Below the pieces are notes generated by a model, which was not told the DNA's origin, did not search any database, and saw only the letters and a list, made by a program, of their open reading frames with translations. Made by a program: the position numbers and the translations under genes. A stretch of DNA of 63,558 bases, counting the filler, from Aduncisulcus paluster (taxonomy: Eukaryota), in the NCBI GenBank assembly GCA_024181965.1. It is 5 parts of 5 records of this genome, joined end to end, with 100 filler letters (N's around TTAATTAATTAA, not from the genome) between each part and the next. Parts side by side here need not be neighbours in the genome. Positions count along the whole stretch, not along the records: positions 56,255 to 63,558 come from BQXS01011112.1; 4 more parts are not named here. One strand, written 5' to 3'. Numbering within the stretch: the first letter of the stretch is position 1; each line of letters begins with the position of its first letter. Shown here piece after piece: positions 57,213 to 63,558 of the stretch.

Positions 57213-57714
57213 ATGGTATGTAGTATTTTCCCATTAATTAGCTTTGCAAATTGATATTTTATTTATTCTGGATCTTTATTCTAACCCTTCTTCTCTTTTT
57301 TATCTTCACTATTTACTTTCAATCTCCTTTTCTATACTCCCTTTCATTTCTTTGATTTATCCTTTTATTTAATTTGTTTTGTCAATAATTTCTTAATAGG
57401 TGAACATTCCTAAGTCCCGTCGTACCTTCTGTCCCCGTGAGAACAAACACACCGAGCACAAGGTGTCTCAATACAAGAGAGGTAAGGATTCCGTCCACGT
57501 GCAAGGTAAGCGTCGTTATGACCGCAAGCAGAAGGGTTTTGGTGGTCAGACAAGACCTGTGTTCCATAAGAAGGCTAAGACCACTAAGAAGGTTGTCCTT
57601 CGTTTAGAATGCAAATCATGCAAGTGCAAGCACTTCCAAATTGTGAAGCGTTGTAAGAAATTCGTTCTTGGTGGTCAGAAACGTGCCAAGAAGGGAGCTA
57701 TGATTGTCTTCTAA
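57213..57714 (+). CDS. RPL44: 60S ribosomal protein eL42 (L44/L36a); exons 57213-57215 (ATG) and 57400-57714
   Basis: [12 protein letters not shown]...HKVSQYK.GK.S...[37 protein letters not shown]. Confidence 0.97.
57216..57399 (+). other. Spliceosomal intron directly after the start codon (184 nt, phase 0)
   Basis: ATG|GTATGT...TTTCTTAATAG|GTGAAC gives the conserved MVNIPK start. Confidence 0.93.
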
Positions 57715-58011
57715 GCATCGTGGATATAAGTAAATTCTCCGGCTTTCTTCACGGCCTTTATTAAAATAAGTAAGTATATTTTATTTTTTAGTTTCAGTAT
57801 TTTTATTTCTTTTTTGATCTTAGATTACAAGGCTTCTGAGATTTGCGTTACAAACTGCTATCCATCAGGCTGTGAATAATAAAATAAAATAAAACCTCGA
57901 AGTTCATTTGTTTTTCATTTTCCTTTCTTGGTTCTCTTTTAGTCTTCTTTCCAAATCCATCTGAGAAATGATTTGGTTTTGTACCCTTATTTCGACCAGA
58001 TCAAAACTATA

Positions 58012-59217
58012 ATGATATATATTTCTTATCCTTTCCGAGCGTCAGATGGGGAGCCAATCATAAAAACATTTAAAATCAAGTTTGCTGAAAAATATCTTGT
58101 TGGAACTGGAAATCGATCGAAGGAGGTTTATTCTGATTGTACAAAGGTGTTTTGTATGAAAGATCTTCCAGGATTGGAAGATCCTCACTTTTCTATCTCT
58201 TGGAAAGATGATTTGCTTGTCATTACCTGTCTTGCCTTTTCCCATTCTCTCAAGACTATATGCAAGGTAGGCGATGAAGAAAGTGAATTCAGCAAAGGTG
58301 CTTTCAGTGATTCTATGTATTTTTCTGAATCCGTTTCTTTTTCCACTGGTCCAGTTTCTCTAATTATCAAAACTCCTACTTCTACTTCATACATTTATTT
58401 GACCAAAGAATCGCAACCCCCCTCAGACGAACTGTGTTTCCAGGCATTTCAAGCCCTCTCTAGAGCCTCAACAGATATTATATTGCCAAAATCGATTGTA
58501 CCAACTGATCCAAAACCGAAACAGAAAAGATTAGAGTTCTTGGCAACATTAGAGTTTTCTACGGGAGCTAAAATAGCTATATATAAATGTCTTCAAAGGA
58601 TTATGATCACAGATGATGCGATAGAGTTCAGAGAACCTGTATACGAAAGATATCCAGAAATTAGAGAAAAATACATTTCTGTTATCCGCCATCCCATGGA
58701 TCTGCGTCTTCTCAGCGATAAAGTTATGTGCAGAGATTGCCGGAATTTGGGAGAATTTATATTTTTGTGTGAATTGATTTGGAAGAATTGTGAAGCATAT
58801 ACCAGAGATCTCTCTCTTGTTCCTCAAATTAGCAAATTAAAAGATCAAATATATCAAGGAATTGCCGATATCCGAGAACTAAGTGTTAAGAAATCTGAAT
58901 TATTAGAATTATGTGGTCTTCCAATTGACAAACTAAGATCACCGCGAAAAAAACGAAATATTTTTTTCCATGTTGGAACTCACATGAAATCTGCTCTCAA
59001 ATTATCATCAGAAACATCAAAACACCAATCACCAACTTGGACAGATCATCCACAAGCAACCACTGAAATTGTCGATGCGCATGTATCTGATATTTTCCGT
59101 GAGAAACTTAAAGTTAAATGGGAAAAAGCTGGGGCTCAAAGTCAAAGAAATGCCGAAGAAGCGAGGAAATTGGCTGAAAAACGTGCAAGATTATCAAAAT
59201 CGGAACACGATTTTTAA
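58012..59217 (+). CDS. Bromodomain-containing protein (atypical)
   Basis: EFREPV...KYISVIRHPMDLRLL...ELIWKNCEAYT bromodomain core; first ATG at 58012. Confidence 0.8.
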   Translation: MIYISYPFRASDGEPIIKTFKIKFAEKYLVGTGNRSKEVYSDCTKVFCMKDLPGLEDPHFSISWKDDLLVITCLAFSHSLKTICKVGDEESEFSKGAFSDSMYFSESVSFSTGPVSLIIKTPTSTSYIYLTKESQPPSDELCFQAFQALSRASTDIILPKSIVPTDPKPKQKRLEFLATLEFSTGAKIAIYKCLQRIMITDDAIEFREPVYERYPEIREKYISVIRHPMDLRLLSDKVMCRDCRNLGEFIFLCELIWKNCEAYTRDLSLVPQISKLKDQIYQGIADIRELSVKKSELLELCGLPIDKLRSPRKKRNIFFHVGTHMKSALKLSSETSKHQSPTWTDHPQATTEIVDAHVSDIFREKLKVKWEKAGAQSQRNAEEARKLAEKRARLSKSEHDF

Positions 59218-59749
59218 ATTATATCATTTAAATTGGTCAAATTATATTATATCTACGTCAGCCCCATTTTTGAGAGAGAAAACTGAGCCATTGTTGATGA
59301 ATAATCGATTTATTGACCATTTTATTGACTTAAATGCACTTTTTTGAGCTTATATGTCGCTTTATATATGCCGTATATTCAATATACAAAGCTCAGAAAG
59401 ATAGAGTTTTTTTGAAAATATAATTTTATTATATTTTATATATTTGGGTTTATTTAGTAAATTTGTTCATATTTTTTCTGTAAATGCTCCATCGTAGAAG
59501 GGAAATTGAAATGGGCTTTTCCTCGGCATTATTAGAACAATATCGGTTAAAAATACATGACATATCAATAATTTACTATTATATTGTCAGAGATTACGAA
59601 AACATACCATTTTCTATCCATCACTTGTCAATTGTCTCGTTTTCAAATCATTCGAGAATCCTGAGAAGTATGATGCAATTTTGACACAGGTAACTCTTTT
59701 TTTATCCTATTTGAAATAATATTTATCTCCTACGCAATATATTTTTAAA

Positions 59750-62699
59750 ATGAATGCTAATAGCAATAGGATTCACACTCCGTCATCTCCAAACATCATT
59801 CCCGCAAAAAAGAAATGCTCATGTTGCTGTATTTGCATTGTGGCCGCCATTATTTTTGTCATTATCTGGGCTGTTCTGTTTTTTATTAGTTTTTACCATT
59901 TCTCTTCTTATCAGTCCCTTTTTAACTCAAACTTTTCTCTTCGAAGCTTTTCGACGACTCAGGCCAAAGTATATGATTCCGATTCGGACACTGTTGAAAA
60001 CAGTACGGTCTCATCGCTTGTGACTCCTTATGAACTAACGTGGGAATACCTCCCTCAATGTGGTTCCGTTAACATCTGGCTCCAGGCGATCAAATACCGG
60101 CTGTGGACGTACACGGATGAATCTGATGTGTTTGAGGAGCTTGTTTCAAAGGGTACCTTTGTATATGATAACATTCTTTTGTCCGGCGAATCTGAAACCT
60201 TCGCCGAGAATGATATCACGTGCAACAACGATATTCTATATATATCCAATGAATTCACTGTCCATCAGGATTGTAGGACTGGCATCTGTGATAATGATAA
60301 TTATTATATCGAGATTATTGATGTTCAGATGGCATTCCTGTTCCATTCTTTCCAAACAAGCGCCAAAATTGGAGACCTGGTGAAATCTGTGATGCACAAG
60401 CAAGAGTGGCAAATCAGCAGTTCCACCACTGTTTTAGAGAGGGTTGAATCGTCTGATTCGACAGATGATGATCCATGTGGCGATGATGACGCAATATACA
60501 ACATTGCGACCGAAGAGTGTGTGTGTGTACGGAGACTACGATACGTCGCTTCACAAGTGCCCCAAGTGTTCTGTTGTGGATGAACAACTGTGCAATGGTC
60601 ATGGTGAGTGTGTCTTATCTCTCTTGGATGAGGATGACTATTGCGACTGTGAGGTTGGGTGGACAACCGATGATTGTACCATCCAAGAGTGTTCCGATGA
60701 AGAGTGTTCTGTCCCTGGATATGGAACATGTGTTGGATCCACCGATTATCTGACCATTTCTGCCTGCTCTTGTACCAGTCCGTACATCCCTGTCCAGGAT
60801 GGCACCATATGGTCTTGTCAGAATGCCTGTAACGATGGTGTTGGATGTGGCACCGATGGAGAGTGTATTTTGGGAACCAGTGACAGTGGTGAAGAATGGT
60901 ACTGTCAATGCCCAACTACTCACTACCTCGATGCGAGTAACCTTTGTGTTGATAACTCTGAAGGGAACTGTGCCGAATGTGGTGTTGACGATTCGAGTTA
61001 TGGATCGTGTGTCTTGTCTGCAGATGATAACACAACCTATTGCGAGTGTGAGAGTGGATGGTATGGTTCGTTGTGTACTTCTGCTTGCCCTGTTGATGCC
61101 AGTGATGTGACTTGCAGTGACAATGGTACTTGCGATACGGACACCAACGTTTGTGACTGTGATGTCGGGTATGGTGAGGCGAATTGCTCTGTGCAGCAAT
61201 GTCTAAGTTCCACGTGTGGAGGGTATGGAGAGTGTGTTTTGAGTGACGATGACATCACATGGGAGTGTTCATGTGACGATGGCTATGCGTCCACGTTGTA
61301 TTATGATGACGATAACAACATATATTACTGTGAATCATTGTGTAACGATGGTATTGGCTGTGGTGATAGTGTGACGTGTGAGGAAAATGATGATGGCGAC
61401 TATGAGTGTGTTTGCGATGACAATCAATATGTTGACCCTGATGACAATACATGCAGATATGATGAGATATGTGATTATTGTGAGAATGGCTATTGCGTGA
61501 AGGATGACGATTCTGACCCATATTGTTACTGTGATGATGGATATACGGGTGATTATTGTGACACTGTTGAAAGTGATGATGATACCACGACTGATGATGG
61601 CACTACGACTGATGATGATGATACCACGACTGACGACGACAATACAACCGGTGATAATGACGACACTACTACCGGTGATGATACAACTGATGGAGAAGAA
61701 GGCTCTGGAGATGATGGAACCTCAGATGACACTTCTGGAGATGGTGATACAACTGGTGATGACAACACTACAACCGACGGTGATGACGACACTACAACCG
61801 GCGGTGATGACACTACAACCGGTGGAACTGACGATACAAGTGGTGATTCTACCGGTGATGATACAACTGACGATGATAATGGCACAACCGATGACGATGA
61901 TGATGGCACAACCGATGATGGAATTATCGATGATGGGACGATTGACGATGTTGAAGATGCCATCAATGATGCCCTTGACGATAATGAAGACGTTGAGGAC
62001 ACGATTGATGATCTCATTGATGATCTTCCTGATGGTGTTGAGGATGATATTATTGACAGTCTTCCTGATGGAACCTCCATCGATGACCTTGACGAGGAAG
62101 AACTCCAAGACATTATGGATGAACTTGGTCTTGATGAAGACTCCGATTATGACGACATTTCTCAAGCCCTTGAGGACAGTGGATACACCGAAGAAGATAT
62201 CCAGGATTTGTTGGGAGATGAGGATATCTCGTCTGTGCTGGATTCGTTGCAGCAGTCTGACAATGAAGATATCCAAGAAGTATTGAATGACGATGAGATC
62301 AGTCAGTATTTGACAGAGGAAAATATGGCTGTTGTCGATTATATCATTGAATCTGGCGACCAGTCGACTGTCGAGGCCTTGCTTGCTGGATTTGATGATA
62401 CTCATGATGACATGATATATGCCAATCATCAAAGTAGTAGTAGTAATGGTAGTAATGACACTGAGGATGCGATGGAAGATGTTCTTATTCCTGGGGAAGC
62501 TGATGATGATGTTGAGGAACAGAATAGAGAGAGAAGATCTACGACAAATGTACATGATCCCGATTACAATACTGATACCGATATCGATACCGATACCGAT
62601 ACCGATGTCTCGGCCAAAGAAGCGTCAGGATTATCATCAGCAAATGGTAATGTGAAACCTACAAACTATGATGTTACAACAGCTTTGGAAGATTTGTGA
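59750..62699 (+). CDS. Type II membrane-anchored EGF/Cys-rich surface protein with Asp/Thr-rich stalk; frameshifted at (GT)6 60517-60528
   Basis: ORF 59750-60583 (KKKCSCCCIC + TM, ending ...EECVC) overlaps ORF 60444-62699 (CVYGDY..., CNGHGEC, CECESGWYGSLC, CSDNGTC EGF-like repeats); one extra GT fuses them. Confidence 0.8.
61576..61950 (+). repeat. Imperfect tandem repeats encoding DDxTT(G/T) units
   Basis: DDDTTTDDGTTTDDDDTTTDDDNTTGD...; recurrent GATGACACTACAACCGG-like units. Confidence 0.85.
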
Positions 62700-62972
62700 T
62701 TGGGAGTTTGGAATCCAATTGAAACAATTATATCTTTTATTTCATCTTCTAAAGATGCAGCTTTGTGAGAGAGTTTCACATGTGAAACAATAATCAATAA
62801 CTGAAACAATAATAAACAGAACACGGGAATAGGGCAGTTAAATTCTCTCCATTGGAGTCTCCAAGAATAGGAAGTCGCTTTTAGTAAATAGAAATTATAG
62901 AACTCATTTATATTTCCGTGAGAGCTGGGAGATTACACACTTCACCAACTAGAGCACATCTTTATCAACTCC

Positions 62973-63558
62973 TTATTTCACACGGCTGCTGCTACTGCTA
63001 CTGATACTGTTACTGCTACTGCTACTGCTATGGATTGTCCCTGTACACCCATCATACTCTTCAAGCTGACGGGCAATGTACTCCTCGATGGATGGACATT
63101 CCCACCCTTCTCCAAGACGCGGCAGTAAATATTTGATATCATTCGTCAGAGAGCGGGCTTGGTGGATCGTCATTCGTTTCAGACGGTCAGGGTTCAACAG
63201 ACCATCGAACACGGCAAGAAACACTTGATACACGGCATTGTATTTCCCACCTTCAATCGTCTCAAGGGAACAGAAGATCTCACTGTCTGTCAGCTGTGGG
63301 TGGCTCACTTTATCATGGGTCAAGTCATGCAAAACAGATCGGAGACGCCTGTTGTATTCTTTGGATGAGGGAATAGACGTGACATCCGGATGAGTCATGA
63401 AAGGTTGTTGCATTCTATTGAAGAGAGACCATATTGTCAGCACAACTCCCCATGCATCACTGCGTTGGTTGTGATAGCCATTCTTCAAACTCTCAGGAGC
63501 ATTGTAACATAAGGTGCCTGCAATCGATGGTTTGTATGAAAAGGACTTAGACTCAGAC
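62973..63558 (-). CDS. Protein kinase C-lobe (5'-partial), same family as 29260-32862
   Basis: Frame open to the window edge: SIAGTLCYNAPESL...SDAWG...TIEGGKYNAVY...LLPRLGEGWECPSIEE. Confidence 0.9.
   Translation of the reverse strand, partial: SESKSFSYKPSIAGTLCYNAPESLKNGYHNQRSDAWGVVLTIWSLFNRMQQPFMTHPDVTSIPSSKEYNRRLRSVLHDLTHDKVSHPQLTDSEIFCSLETIEGGKYNAVYQVFLAVFDGLLNPDRLKRMTIHQARSLTNDIKYLLPRLGEGWECPSIEEYIARQLEEYDGCTGTIHSSSSSSNSISSSSSSRVK

Noticed and set aside
57770..57823. GTAAGT...TAG downstream of RPL44 as a UTR intron
   Set aside because: Much shorter than the supported introns, lacks their 3' motif, and cannot be tested from sequence.
60325..62655. Several long alternative-frame and antisense ORFs over the EGF gene
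   Set aside because: Shadows of GAT/GAC/ACT-rich repeats and biased codon usage; products are low-complexity.

Overview
AT-rich, gene-dense, intron-poor eukaryotic (protist) genomic DNA using the standard code (TAA, TAG and TGA all act as stops). It is not one locus: four identical 100-bp linkers (N44-TTAATTAATTAA-N44 at 20851, 38866, 51138, 56155) join five contig pieces, and there is one 20-N scaffold gap. Gene content (bacterial-type 2[4Fe-4S] ferredoxin, CFAP20-domain protein, two kinases of a 'TI(D/E)GGKY...LLPR.G.GW.CP.IE' family) suggests an anaerobic flagellate, probably a free-living fornicate metamonad such as Aduncisulcus (inference from memory, unverified). Recognisable genes: ER DnaJ, RRM-CCHC-RGG protein, Nup93/Nic96, separase, two kinases, ENT transporter, alpha- and beta-tubulin fragments, ABCG half-transporter, TmcB-like membrane proteins, ferredoxin (absent from the ORF track because an intron splits it), eIF4E, a degenerate MCM-like protein, CFAP20DC-like protein, eL42/RPL44, an atypical bromodomain protein and an EGF-rich surface protein. 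Best leads: five short 5'-proximal introns with a branch-point-like motif abutting the acceptor, a probable 6-nt start-codon micro-exon in RPL44, an EGF surface gene frameshifted inside a (GT)6 tract, an apparently ATPase-dead MCM paralog, and a kinase fused to two copies of an unrecognised ~337-aa domain. No prokaryote-type system (CRISPR, mobile element) and no tRNA/rRNA was seen.
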